A stretch of 62,889 nt of DNA, filler included, from Chiloscyllium plagiosum (lineage: Eukaryota): NCBI RefSeq assembly GCF_004010195.1. It is 3 parts of one record of this genome, joined end to end, with 100 filler letters (N's around TTAATTAATTAA, not from the genome) between each part and the next. Parts side by side here need not be neighbours in the genome. Positions count along the whole stretch, not along the records: positions 1 to 24,830 come from NC_057712.1; positions 24,931 to 39,007 come from NC_057712.1; 1 more part is not named here. One strand, written 5' to 3'. The notes below the pieces were generated by a model. It did not search any database, had not been told where the DNA came from, and worked only from the letters and a program-made list of their open reading frames with translations. This document shows, piece after piece, positions 14,201 through 25,901 of this stretch. The position numbers and the translations under genes were made by a program. Positions within the stretch are counted from its first letter, which is position 1; each line of letters begins with the position of its first letter.

Positions 14201-14644
14201 TAACTTTCTATACAGATGAAGCTGGAGTCAGCTGAACAGAGAGAAAGATTACCTTTGAAGATCAAGTACACCAGCCCTCAGGCAGTTAGATCAGTCACGT
14301 TTGACTAGATTGCTTTGACTTCAGTTAACCAGATCAGTGCTATTGTTAAGATCATTTATATTAGGACAACTGATGTCCCCTACAGCAAATATGTGAAGGA
14401 AAGCTGTAGAAATGTGCTTTCCATGAGATCCACAGAAATGATACAACACAGAAGGGAGCCATTCATCTCATCTTGCCCATACTACCCCAAAGAAATTCAG
14501 ATACTCTTTTTAATCCAATCTTCATGCACATAGCCCATAATCTTGTAGCCTGTAGTACTTAAGGTGCAGATTGGGGCATTTTTAAAAGAGTTTAGTGTTT
14601 CTACCTCCACCACCAACTTGGACAGCAAATTCCAGACACCCACT

Positions 14645-15180
14645 GCAGTGACTTTAATGAGGTCAACCAATTGGACCTCAGAGAATGAGAATTCCCTGAC
14701 TGGGACTGTTAATCTGACATATAAAAAAACCAGAGAGTCAGAGATACTGCCATTCTGATAACTAACTCTGAATGAGGCAGTACTAGAATCAAGGACTGTT
14801 CATGTGTAGATAAAAGTGTCTTGGTGATAAGGTACTGGCCTCTGTGGAGTTATTTCAGTGGTGATGAAAGTGGGATAAGCTACATAATGCCTTTGTTTGG
14901 GAAGCTTAACTTGTTCAACTCTGCTATTGAGAATTGGGCCCAATATGTCAAAAGCATGTGTTAATCTTTCTGGGCAAATGACATTGTGGCGGACAAAAAG
15001 CAACAAGTAATTCTCCTGACAGCCTGTGGAGCTGCAGCTTTTTCTGTTTTTAGAAGTGTAACTTTCCCTGAGGCACCAGATACTAAGAATTGATGGACAT
15101 AGTTAAGGGATCTTACAACCCCAAGCCTCCTCTCATTCTATGATGCTATTAGTTTTATTCCGCAATTCGAGAACCAGGTG
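14645..15180 (+). mobile_element. Gypsy LTR-retrotransposon relic (LTR end, PBS-like site, gag start)
   Basis: TGGTGATGA PBS-like site near 14859. From ATG 14887: MPLFGKLNLFNSAIENWAQYVK...ANDIVADKKQQVILLTACG...FPEAPDTK, a Gypsy gag N-terminus with an internal stop. Confidence 0.7.
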
Positions 15181-15804
15181 TGTCATTTTATAAATTCCTG
15201 CTTTGGAAAGAAAACCAGTCAGAGTCCAGGTTAAAACACAGATTCTAAACAAGGCCTCACACCTAAAATGCATTGTCTGACCTGAGATGTGATCCCTTGT
15301 ATAGACTAAGAAAATCTTTAGTTATCTCAGGGCAGTGACTTGAAAAAAATTCTGGGGTTTGCATTTTAATCAATCAAAACCTCCATCTCCTTTCTAACTG
15401 ATTAAAGATTTACGGGATGGAGTCAGCCATTTTAGGTCTGTTCAATACATTTTCATTAGTTGTATGACACTTTGATCTTTTACTTATATATTCTAAGTCT
15501 AATGCCTTCTCTCTCACTACATCTAATAATGAAAGGAGCAATGCTCTGAAAGCTAGTGTTTTCAAATAAATGTGTTGAAATTTAACCTGGTGTCATGTGA
15601 TTTTTCATCTTACCCCTTTATATTAAACCTTTGTGCCCCTAAATGAAACAATATTAATTACTCTAGACCCCACCCCAAGTGGTCCTCTGCACTACTGCCC
15701 TTACAAACTATAAATACAAAATAGATTTTAAAAGTCATAAAAATAGTAATAAATACGCACCCGAACTTACCCAATCAGCTGCTTCCTCTTGTCCAGTGTC
15801 ACTT

Positions 15805-16190
15805 GCTGACACTGTTCCCAGACTGCTTCACAGCTCCAGGATATTCTTCCCAGACTGCATCACTGCACTAGCAACTGTGGAACACTCTTCCCAGACTGTT
15901 TCACTGTAATAGTGACAGTGGGACACTCTTCCCAGACTACTTCAAAGCTCCAGGACACTATTCCTAGACTGCATCACTGTAATGCTGTTCCAGGACACTG
16001 TCCAGACTACTTCACTGCAATGCTGCCACAAGACACTCTGCCCAGACTGCTTCATTGCAATGCTGCTACAAGACACAGTCCAGATTGCTTCACTGCAATG
16101 CTGCAGCAGGGCAGTCTTCCCAGATTGCTTCACTACAATGCTGACAGTCAGATGCTCTTCCCAGATTGCTTACTGTGATGCTACAGGACA
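15805..16190. repeat. Degenerate minisatellite, about 10 units of 32-41 bp
   Basis: Recurrent TTCCCAGACTGCTTCACTGCAATGCTG core. Confidence 0.85.
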
Positions 16191-16767
16191 TGTATAGTAA
16201 TCTGTTCTGTCCTTTGTATCAACCTGGTTTGAAAGTCAAGCATATTGAGGAATTCTATGTATTTTGAAAACGGTTTAATTTTTGTTATGACTCCAGGAAT
16301 AGCAAGGTTTGATTTCCGGTATCTAGCCCAGTTGGACATAACATTTGAGAGCATAGGGGTTAACATTTTAGTTCAAAAGAATTGAGTTCTGTTTAGAAGA
16401 GGCCTTTCAAAAGTATAGTGCATGGGGTTGCTTAAAAAAGAAATTAGAAGGTCAAAGTGGGGCCATGAAAGTGGCAAATAGGATTAAGGAAAACATGGTA
16501 AGAAGATGTCTTGGGGTTAAAGTTAAGAGGATTACCAGGGACGAACTTGGGTCTGTTAGAAACTTGCAAATTACAAGGTCCAGTATAACTTGCTGTAAGG
16601 TGGGTTTCACAGCACACTTTTCTAATAAATTCTCTGAAGACATTCTGTTAAATATTCTAGACTATCTTGCCAATCTAATTGCTCCAGTCCAGATATACAT
16701 AAAAATCCCATATCTACTGCCATGGACTAAGACGTTTTTCATTGTTTATTTCTTTATTTTCATTAGA

Positions 16768-17145
16768 GAAAAGAAGATTGAGGTCTACAAAATCATGAAG
16801 GGTATAGACAGGGTAGATAGAGATAAGTTTTTTCCCAGGGTGAGGGATTCAATAACGAGAGGTCACGCGTTCAAGATGAGAGGTGAAAAGTTTAAGGGGG
16901 ATATACGCAGCAAGTAATTTACATAGAGGGTGGTAGGTGCCTGGAACGCGTTGCCAGCAGAGGTAGTAGTGGCAGGCACAGTAGATTCATTTAAGGTATG
17001 GCTGGACAAATGCATGAGTAGGTGGGGAGCAGAGGGATACAGATGCTTAGGAATTGGGCGTTAGGTTTAGACAGTGGATTTTGATCGGCTCAGGCTTGGA
17101 GGGCAGAAGGGCCTGTTCATGGGCTGTAAATTTTCTTTGTTCTTT
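16768..17145 (+). mobile_element. CR1 LINE 3' end
   Basis: IEVYKIMKGIDRVD...TRGH.FK followed by a TTCTTTG tail. Same subfamily as 57330-57717. Confidence 0.88.
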
Positions 17146-17289
17146 ATGCACCAATCCACCCTGTGGTTACTGTAATGGAGTCTGTATACCACTGCCACAA
17201 ATGACTCCTTGCCTTTATCATTTCTCATTTCCATATTTCTTTATACTGATAGTAAATATGCATTTCGGACTGCCGACAATTACATGACC

Positions 17290-17970
17290 GTTTGGGGAAG
17301 GTGAGATTGGTCACCATGCGGGGGGACCCCTATCAAACATGGGTAGATAATAGAGACCTCACAGGGAACCAGCGAGCTCTCACTGGAAGCCGCAGTGTTG
17401 AAGGTCATGGCCCACCAAAGGGAACCAGACAAACAAAATCCCAAATGGCATATTTTAAAGGGAAACCAGGCTGCTGACAAAGCTGCTCAGTTGGCCCTGG
17501 AGACAGAAGACATCCATCCCTTGTCGGTTACCTTTGCTAAGGATGGCCCCACCATAAGTATTACCCAACTGCACACTGATACCCCCGAGGTCGAGCGTGC
17601 CAGGTGGAAGGCACAGGACAATCGAGGTTCAGATGAGAACTGTGTCTGGAGATTGAACTAACAAGGTCATGGCCTTCATGTGCATCCTAATACTCTCATG
17701 CACTTACACCATGGCATTTCCCATGTGGACCGCAACATCATGATCTGAAAATGTGTTGCTGGAAAAGCGCAGCAAGTCAGGCAGCATCCAAGGAACAGCA
17801 GAATCAAAGAAGGGCTTATGCCCGATACATTGATTCTCCTGTTCCTTGGATGCTGCCTGACCTGCAGCGCTTTTCCAGCAACACATTTTCAGCTCTGATC
17901 TCCAGCATCTGCAGTCCTCACTTTCTCCGCGACATCATGATGACCAGCATTAGAAAGGAATGGTCCTTAT
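17290..17970 (+). mobile_element. Endogenous retrovirus pol relic (RNase H C-terminus to integrase zinc-finger start)
   Basis: VLKVMAHQ...KGNQAADKAA, then HLHHGISH at 17701. Interrupted by a PLE hairpin insert. Confidence 0.75.
17745..17926. mobile_element. Fold-back Penelope pLTR insert with a 15-bp TSD
   Basis: Inverted arms at about 17745-17807 and 17830-17892. Flanks CCGC[A/G]ACATCATGAT at 17730-17744 and 17927-17941. Confidence 0.85.
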
Positions 17971-18309
17971 GAGGTTATCATTAGCAGTGACACATGTGCT
18001 TGTATTGACATGCGAGGGAAGGGGGTCTGGAAACACTGGTCTCAGATGAAGTAATACATGGGCACCTTCTGCTTTCTTTTCAGACTGATTCCTCTCGGAG
18101 CCTGCTGATGTCCTTTGTGTTCACGTGGACTAGGAGGGCAGGTTGTTGCGCACAGGCGATATAGCCTTTGGACCATTGTATAACTCAGTCTGATGAGTTT
18201 CAGAATGTTTTTGTTCACGTTTGCCCTGACCCACTGCCTAGTAGCCACTGATGGTGGTGGTGGGGAGGGGGGGGGTGTAGTCTCAATGGAATTGTGCCGA
18301 CCTAGGTGC

Positions 18310-19921
18310 TATTCATCATAAGTCACTAAAGTCGGTGGAGGAGTGGACAGTTTGGAAGAATGTTACAGGTTGCAGGGGGATTTAGATAAACTGCAGAATT
18401 GGACTGAGAGAAAGACTTTTTCCTAGGATGATGACGTCAGCTTGTACGAGAGGGCACAACTACAAATTGAGGGGTGACAGATTTAAGTCTATCACCCCTT
18501 TATGTATATTGATTTTAGTAAGGCATTTGATAAGGTTCCCCATAGTAGGCTTATGGTAGGAAAGTCAGGAGGCATGGGATAGTGGGAAATTTGGCCAGTT
18601 GGATAGAGAATTGGCTAACCGGTCCAAATCAGAGAGTGGTGGTAGATGGTAAATATTCAGCCTGGAGCCCAGTTACAAGTGGAGTTCCGCAGGGATCAGT
18701 TCTGGATCCTCTGCTGTTTGTAATTTTTATTAATGACTTGGAAGAGGGAGTCGAAGGGTGGGTCAGTAAATTTGCAGACGATACGAAGATTGGTGGAGTT
18801 GTGGATAGTGAAGAGGGCTGTTGTCGGCTGCAAAGGGACTTAGATATGATGCAGAGCTGGGCTGAGGAGTGGCAGATGGAGTTCAACCCTGTCAAGTGTG
18901 AGGTTGTCCATTTTGGAAGGACAAATAAGAATGCGGAATACAGGGTTAACGGTAGGGTTCTTAGTAAGGTGGAGGAACAGAGGGATCTTGGGGTCTATGT
19001 TCATAGATCTTTGAAAGTTGCCACTCAGGTGGATAGAGCTTGTAAGAAGGCCTATGGTGTATTAGGGTTCATTAGCAGAGGGACTGAATTCAAGAGTCGT
19101 GAGGTGATGTTGCAGCTGTACAGGATATTGGTAAGGCCACATTTGGAGTACTGTGTGCAGTTCTGGTTGCCTCACTTTAGGAAAGATGTGGAAGCTTTGG
19201 AGAGGGTGCAGAGGAGATTTACCAGGATGTTGCCTGGAATGGAGAATAGGTCATACGAGGATAGGCTGAGAGTGCTAGGCCCTTTCTCATTGGAACGGTG
19301 AAGGATGAGGGGTGACTTGATAGAGGTTTATAAGATGATCGGGGAATAGATAGAGTAGACAGTCAGAGACTTTTTCCCCGGGTACAACAGAGTGTTACAA
19401 GGGAACATAAATTTAAGGTGAAGGGGTGGAAGGTATAGGGGGTATGTCAGGGGTAATTTAAGGTGAAGGGTGGAAGGTATAGGGGGTATGTCAGGGGTAG
19501 GTTCTTTACCCAGAGAGTGGTGGGGGCATGGAATGCACTGCCTGTGGGAGTGGCAGAGTCAGAATCATTGGTGACCTTTAAGCGCCAATTGGATAGGTAC
19601 ATGGACAGGTGCTTAAGCTAGGACAAATGTTCGGCACAACATCATGGGCCGAAGGGCTATTCTGTGCTGTATTGTTCTAAGTTCTATGTTCTAAGCCTGA
19701 TGTCAGAGGCAAGTTCTTTACACAGAGAGTGGTAAGGGCGTGGAATGCCCTACCTGCTAAGGTAGTCAACTCAGCCACATTAGGAAAATTTAAACAATCC
19801 TTAGATAAGCTCATAGATGATTTTGGGATAGTGTAGGGGGACGAGCTGAGAAAAGTCCACAGGTCGGCACAACATCGAGGGCCGAAGTGCTTGTTCTGCG
19901 CTGCATTGTTCTATGTTCTAA
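18310..19921 (+). mobile_element. Nested CR1 LINEs (younger copy at about 18490-19693 inside an older 3' fragment)
   Basis: 239-aa RT ORF with GVPQGSVL and FADDTK, two successive TTCTATG tails and TAAG at both junctions. A tandem duplication of about 45 bp lies at 19410-19498. Confidence 0.9.
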
Positions 19922-20296
19922 GCACCTTTATGATTGTGATTCTGTCTTTTGTCTCCATCACACATACGGGTTGAGCCCAAAGTGTATAAATTTGTGAAAA
20001 CAGTTACTGTTATACGAAGTCTCACAAGAGAATTTTGAATTTGGATAAATTTGCATAGAAATATATCAAATGCCTAGAATGAACCATAAAGTAAGTTTAA
20101 GACATATGGATAAACTTACAGAAAGAACAAACAACAACTGGGGATGGATTGAAATGGCAACTGAAGTTATCATACATTTTACTAAAAAGGAAGTTTAGGT
20201 GAGAGTGGTGAACTGATAGCTGTCTCTTGGTGATATTTGCATTCTTGCCTTTGTCTTTTCTGAGTGATCAAGCCATTACCCAACGCATTGGGACTA

Positions 20297-20455
20297 CAGA
20301 GGAACCTCAATTATCTGGCATTCCATTACCCGAATATCGGATTATCTGACAAGTTTGCAAGATCCCGATGTTTGGCTAAACTATGTTATCCAGCATTCAA
20401 TTAACCGAATGAAATACTCCCCACCTGTGTCCTTCGGAAAATCGAGGTTGCTCTG
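20297..20455. mobile_element. Tc1/mariner (pogo/Tigger-type) MITE, 159 bp
   Basis: TA target duplication at 20295-20296 and 20456-20457. TIRs CAGAGGAACCTCAATTATC and CAGAGCAACCTCGATTTTC. Confidence 0.85.
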
Positions 20456-20794
20456 TAAATGTGAAGGGATTAATAAAATCTCATAGATCTTTTCTTTAGA
20501 TCATATAGGAGTCAAGAATGCATGACAGTTTTGGGATACAGATGTAAGTGTGCAAAGTTGATTGTTACCTCAGAAGTAACAAACATGCATGAATGCTGTA
20601 AAAACTTTTTGCACTGAAGAACAGGCCTGAGATATGAACACCTACTTGACAAATGATTTGTGTGGCTTGGGAGGGTACAAGACTATAGTTTAAACGATCA
20701 GATATTGACAAATGATCCAGAGAAACTGACTAGAAAACAGTGATAGTGAGCTGTAGTGAAAGGAAAAAGAGAAAAAAAAGACAAAAATAATATT

Positions 20795-21217
20795 CCTGTT
20801 GCTTTGCAGAACCGTCTGGCCCTTGACTATTTGCTAGCGGCACAGAGTGGCACCTGTGCTGTTATTGATTCCGAGTGTTGCACCTCCATTCTGGACGCTT
20901 CAGACAATTCAACTAACCTCGGAGATCACATTCGCCTGGAGGCTGATAAGATCCAGCAGAAGGGGAAGCAGTTTCATGATTATAATCCCCCGGGGTGGCT
21001 AGTTTGGCTACCCGGCAATTCTTGGGGCTCATACTTTTGACATGCCTTAATCATATTCATTGTTATCGTTATCTCTTGTTGCATTGTTGTGGCTGTCTTT
21101 CATTCATGCTGTAAAGTTCTGACTGCAAGAGTTATGCCAGATGCCAGTGTTCATACTGATAAAACAGTAGAGCATCCCTCGATGGAGGACACCAAGACAT
21201 TTGAAATATGGTTATAA
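20795..21217 (+). pseudogene. ERV env transmembrane-subunit relic (gamma-type env)
   Basis: Immunosuppressive domain LQNRLALDYLLAAQSG followed by CX6CC (CAVIDSECC). After one in-frame TGA (21038-21040) come the hydrophobic anchor HALIIFIVIVISCCIVVAVF and a tail ending at TAA 21215-21217. Confidence 0.9.
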
Positions 21218-21266
21218 GTGGTCCAGTATCCATGGTTGACCATGGCCTCTGACCATAAGGGGGGAC

Positions 21267-21692
21267 TGAAGTAGAGAAAGCTGGGATTGTTGACTAAATT
21301 TATAGAGCATGCTGGGATTGTTGACAAAATTTTGTGCAATCTGTGCTAAATCTTGATAAAGTGATGACTGCTGCAGGAGCAAGCTGGATAAACCGAAGTA
21401 TGACAATTACCAAGTAAAACCACAAGCTCAAAATAACTGGTGGCTGCCGTCTCAGCAGATGGACATCTGTGCGGGGATGACATTCTGTCTGAAGAACTGT
21501 TGATATAATCAAAACTGTGTGCTTTTGCTGTGGTTGACAGTATAAAGGGCTGTTGATCTCTGTAATCGGGGAGACTGCTTGGTTGAAACCTAGTGTTTAG
21601 TGTGACCTTGCTGCACGCAAAAGCTTTTGTTTAATAAACTGTGCTTTGACTTGCTGCTAAATCTGATTCTCGAGTAATTTTTCTCTACAACA
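21267..21692 (+). mobile_element. ERV 3' LTR (426 bp)
   Basis: Preceded by polypurine tract AAGGGGGGAC. Termini TGAAGTAGAGAAA...TTTCTCTACAACA form an 11/13 inverted repeat. TATAAA at 21541 and AATAAA at 21633. Confidence 0.85.
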
Positions 21693-21694
21693 GT

Positions 21695-22335
21695 TTGGTG
21701 GTTAAGAAGGCAAATGCAATATTGGCATTCATTTCAATGGGGGCAGAAAACAAGAGCAGGAATGTATGCTGCCACTGTATAATGCTCTGGTCAGACCAGA
21801 TTGTGAGCAGTTTTGGGCCCTATATCTAAGGAGACATATGCTGGCGTTGGAGACATACCAGAGGAGGTTTACAAGAATGATCCAGGGATGAAGGATTTGT
21901 CATATGAAGAGTAGTAAAGGACACTGAGTCTGTAGTCAATGGAGTTTAGAAGCATGAGAGGGAATCTGATTGAAGCTTACAGGAACTTTACAGGTCTGAA
22001 TGGATGTGGAGAAGGTGTTTCCACTAGTAGGAGACACCAGGACCCAAGTACACAGCCTTGGAGTGAAGGAACGATCCTTTAGAGCTGAGATGAGGAGGAA
22101 TTTCTTCAGCAAAGGGAGGTATGCTGTGGAACTCATTGCTGCAGAGGGCTGTGGAGGCCAAGTCACTGAGTGTATTGAAGACAGACATAGGTTCTTGATC
22201 AGTAACAGGATCAGTGGTTAGGGGGAGATAGTCAAAGAATGGGGTTGAGAAACATATCAGCCATGGTCAAATGGTGGAGCAGCCTTGATGGGTTGAATGG
22301 CCTAATTCTGCACAGATATTTTATGGTCTTATGGA
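21695..22335 (+). mobile_element. Degraded CR1 3' fragment
   Basis: DVEKVFPLVG.TRT..HSL...RRNFFS motif. Confidence 0.8.
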
Positions 22336-22924
22336 TTGCGACAAGCATTCAGATATATAGCAATTCACTGGGCAGATACAAAATATTTTTGCTGATTGAA
22401 AAATCTAAGATGAAGGGATGGTGTCCAAAAACAAGTGCCAGATCATACTGAAGAGAACACAAACACAAAAGCAAAATACGATGGATTCTGAAAACATGAA
22501 ACAACAATACGTAACTCTCGAAACACACAAAAGATATGGTACTACTTATGAATTGAGAAACACAGATAACATTTTATGCCAATGAAAAAAAGGTTATTGA
22601 GCTGAAAAATTAAGTATATTTCTTTCAAAACAGTTGATGCAGGACCTGCTGAGCTTATACACCATTTTCCACATTCCATTCTGGAATGAAGGTAGAAAAT
22701 ACTACGATATGCAAAGGGTGGTGTAAGTTCGTGCCACTTTTTTACAAACTGCAATTGTTACGAGGTCAGTTGTTCATTTTAAAGTCAAAAACAGTTTTCT
22801 GATAATCAAAGCTATGAAGGGATATGGGGCAAAAGCAGCTAGATGCAGCAAGGTTTCACATCAGCTCTGAACTGTGAAACAGCTGCAAATGACCAAATGA
22901 CCCACTCTTGTGCCTATGGAGAAC

Positions 22925-23425
22925 CATTTTAGGCCCGAAAGGATAATTTCAAATCCAGCAGAGACATTCCTGCACATCCACCAAGTTCATTTACTGCATC
23001 GCTGCACTCAATGTGGCCTACTCTACATCAGGGAGACAAAACGCCAACCCGTGGAATGGTTCAGGGAACATCTCTGGTCCACATGCACTAAACAATTCCA
23101 CCGCCCTGTAGCCAATTACTTCAACTCCCCCTCATATTCCCCAAGGACATGCAAATCTTGGCCTCCTCCACCGCCAAATCAAAGCCACCCGCCAACTAAA
23201 AGAAGGATACCTCACCTTCTGCCTCAGGACCCTACAACCACACAGCATCAACACTGACTTCACCAGTTTCCAAATCTCCCTCTCCCACCTCATCCCAGAT
23301 CCAACCCTCCAACTTGGCACCACCCTCTTGACCTGTCCTACCTGTTCATCTTCCTTCCCACCATCCGCTCTACCCTCTGCTCCGACCTAACACAATTACC
23401 CGTCACCTGCATCCACCTATTTTAC
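22925..23425 (+). mobile_element. Penelope GIY-YIG endonuclease fragment and pyrimidine-rich 3' region
   Basis: RCTQCGLLYIRETKR...WFREH...PVANYFNSP motifs. Confidence 0.82.
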
Positions 23426-23429
23426 TCCG

Positions 23430-24454
23430 CAGTGGTCACCCATGACCATGGTAGCAGGAGAAGACCCATAGGGTACTACTCAACTACAGAAGGGCCAGTA
23501 GTTACCAGGTTGTCCAGGTAAGAGCAACCTTAGACTGATGCTTGGGCCATTAGGGGTAGCAAGTCCATAGTAATGACAGGGAATGTCATCCTCCACACTA
23601 AACACACCCTAGTAGAGATGCTAAATTCCGGGAAACTGAGGGCCATCTCCAATATGAGAAGGGCAAATAGGATGCAGTTCTTTTAGCCCGTGGTAACAGT
23701 TAGGGATGCAGGAGAAAACCCAGCTGAGGGAATTCTAGACACAGGAAAACCACACAACTGTGGGGATACAGATGGGGATGAAGATAGGGGGACCGTAAAG
23801 GATACTCCCTTAGACACAGCCAAGGAGACCCTCTTCATAGATGGGTCACGAAAATATGTAGCAAGTTCGCTCAGATCAGGATGAACTGTAGTAAATGATA
23901 AGTTAGGAATAGTTATGTCCGGAAGGATTGATGGAAGTCAGTCCGCACAGGTAGCGGAACTAGTAGCACTCACCAAAACACTTGAACTAGCAAAAGGAAA
24001 AATTGTGAATATATATACGGACAGTCAATGTGTCTTCGGTATAGTTCACGACTCTATGGCGGCATGGGGTAGAAGAGGGTTCACCATCACAGGGGGAACC
24101 CCAATCAGACCACCAATTAAGAATTCAGGCACTATTGTGTGCCAGTGAACAGCCAAAAGAGGCTGTAATAATAAAAATAAAAGCCCATCAAAAGGAGCCA
24201 GCAAAAGAGAACCCAGGTTGGCAAAAATTCAAAGGAAACCAGACAGCAGACTGAGCAGCTTAGAAAGCCCTAGAACAAGAAGCCATTGAGGAGGCTGTAA
24301 ACGCCACTATTGAATTAGCAAAAGGTACTATCCAAATTCAACAGCTGCAGGAGGATACCCCACAGGAACAGACAGAGAAATGGGAACTGCAGGTGGCATT
24401 CAAAAGGGAGGATGGTTTCTGGATGTGAGCAGACAAGGTGGTAAAACCAACATG
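23430..24454 (+). mobile_element. Endogenous retrovirus pol relic (tether and RNase H)
   Basis: LFIDGS, SAQVAELVALT, VNIYTDSQ, WGRRGF and IKIKAHQ...KGNQTAD; retroviral RNase H with stops and frameshifts. Confidence 0.88.
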
Positions 24455-24456
24455 TA

Positions 24457-24830
24457 CAGAGCTACTTCGATTATCTGAATACCAATTATCCGAAAATCAG
24501 ATTATCCGAAAATCAGATTATCTGAAGGAGATCGCGAAGTCCCGATGGAAACATTACATCAAAGACGTGTTTCTAACAGTGATCGTATCTTTTGTTTATA
24601 GTGATTAAACAGGCACATTCTCCAAATGACTGTCTGCCCACCCTCCCTCTCTCCCCACACTTTCCCTGGAGTTCTACACAGGGATGTATCACAAAGCTCC
24701 ACCCCCCTCCCCGGATAATCTCTCCAACATTGTCCTGTTCATGGCAAAGGTGGAACCTGTCAAAAAGTTGCAGTAAACAGTTGTGTGTGTGGCTGTGTGT
24801 GTGTGTGTGTGTGTGCGCGCACGCGCTATT
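24457..24830. mobile_element. Related pogo/Tigger-type non-autonomous element, left end (runs into gap)
   Basis: TA|CAGAGCTACTTCGATTATCTGAA with repeated ATTATCCGAA subterminal motifs, as in the 20297 MITE. Confidence 0.7.
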
Positions 24831-24930
24831 NNNNNNNNNNNNNNNNNNNNNNNNNNNNNNNNNNNNNNNNNNNNTTAATTAATTAANNNNNNNNNNNNNN
24901 NNNNNNNNNNNNNNNNNNNNNNNNNNNNNN
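24831..24930. other. Assembly gap with synthetic linker N44-TTAATTAATTAA-N44 (also at 39008-39107)
   Basis: Identical 100-bp construct at two sites. Plain N gaps also occur at 7715-7804 and 39812-39867. Confidence 0.95.
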
Positions 24931-25901
24931 TTCCTAAGTATTAACCTCTGTCATGCCTTTAAATGAAATTACCCAATCTATTGAAGCTAACTTACCTCTC
25001 ACAGTTTTGTTCACATTTAGGAAACTTGTTTTGAATTGGACTACTTCACTTTTTATTGGCATGAAGAATTCTACTTTGTTATTGACACTCTCTTCCTTAA
25101 TAGATCCTGTACAGCAAAATTATTAATGAACATTCTCATCGTACAATTTATCTACCAAGTATTCTTGAAAATATAGATTGCCCAATGTATCCATTGATTC
25201 AAATCATTCATGATTATTTCAACAACCTTCTTGCATGTGTCTCTGACTTCCAGTTTAATTCCATTCTTCATCTTACCACTACTGTTTGGTGATCTATAGA
25301 AAATTCCTATTCGTGTTTTCCACTCTTTGTTTCTTTTTAGCTCCACCCAAATGGAACCTGCTCCTAGACTAATTTTGAGCCGATATCCTTAATCTACATT
25401 CCATTAATTTCATCCTCACTGACAATGCTAACATAGCTCCTTCTCTTTTCTTTTGTCAGTCTCTCCTCAATTTTAAACACTGAATTATTATTTTCTAGCC
25501 TTGGTCACCCTGTTGCCATGTCTCTGTTATTACAGTCATTTTGTATCATTTTACAACAATTTACATTGTTAATTCATCTACCCTATTGTATTTGCTCAGT
25601 GCGTTCAGATACAGAAACTTAAGATTTATCTCTTATCCCTCTTTGTAACTATCTTGTTCGTACTGATATGAACCACAACTTCAAGTGGTTCATCCTTCAC
25701 TTCAGAATGTCCTTCCTTTATTCTGCCTTTTACAGCTGCCTTAAGCTTAGTCAATGCACAGGGCTCACAGGAACTTTGGAAAATGATACAGACTTTGAAC
25801 AGATGAATGTTTCAGTGCTCTATGCTTGATCTCAAAGCCCATTGGTTCATGCTACTTTTCAGGACAGGCTATCAGGAAACAAGATTCTGGGTATAAAAAT
25901 C

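Noticed and set aside
14190..14290. Polypyrimidine-AG followed by a short open frame (MKLESAEQRERLP...); similar case at 22620-22720
   Set aside because: No recognisable protein similarity, no partner exons and no convincing in-frame donor.
21693..21712. TTTGGTG after the LTR as a primer-binding site, which would make it a 5' LTR
   Set aside because: The sequence continues directly as CR1 RT (GTGGTTAAGAAGGCAAATGC), and the upstream env and polypurine tract identify it as a 3' LTR.
24875..24886. Palindromic TTAATTAATTAA island between N runs, repeated at 39052-39063
   Set aside because: Identical N44-linker-N44 format with stops in all frames marks a scaffolding artefact, not biology.
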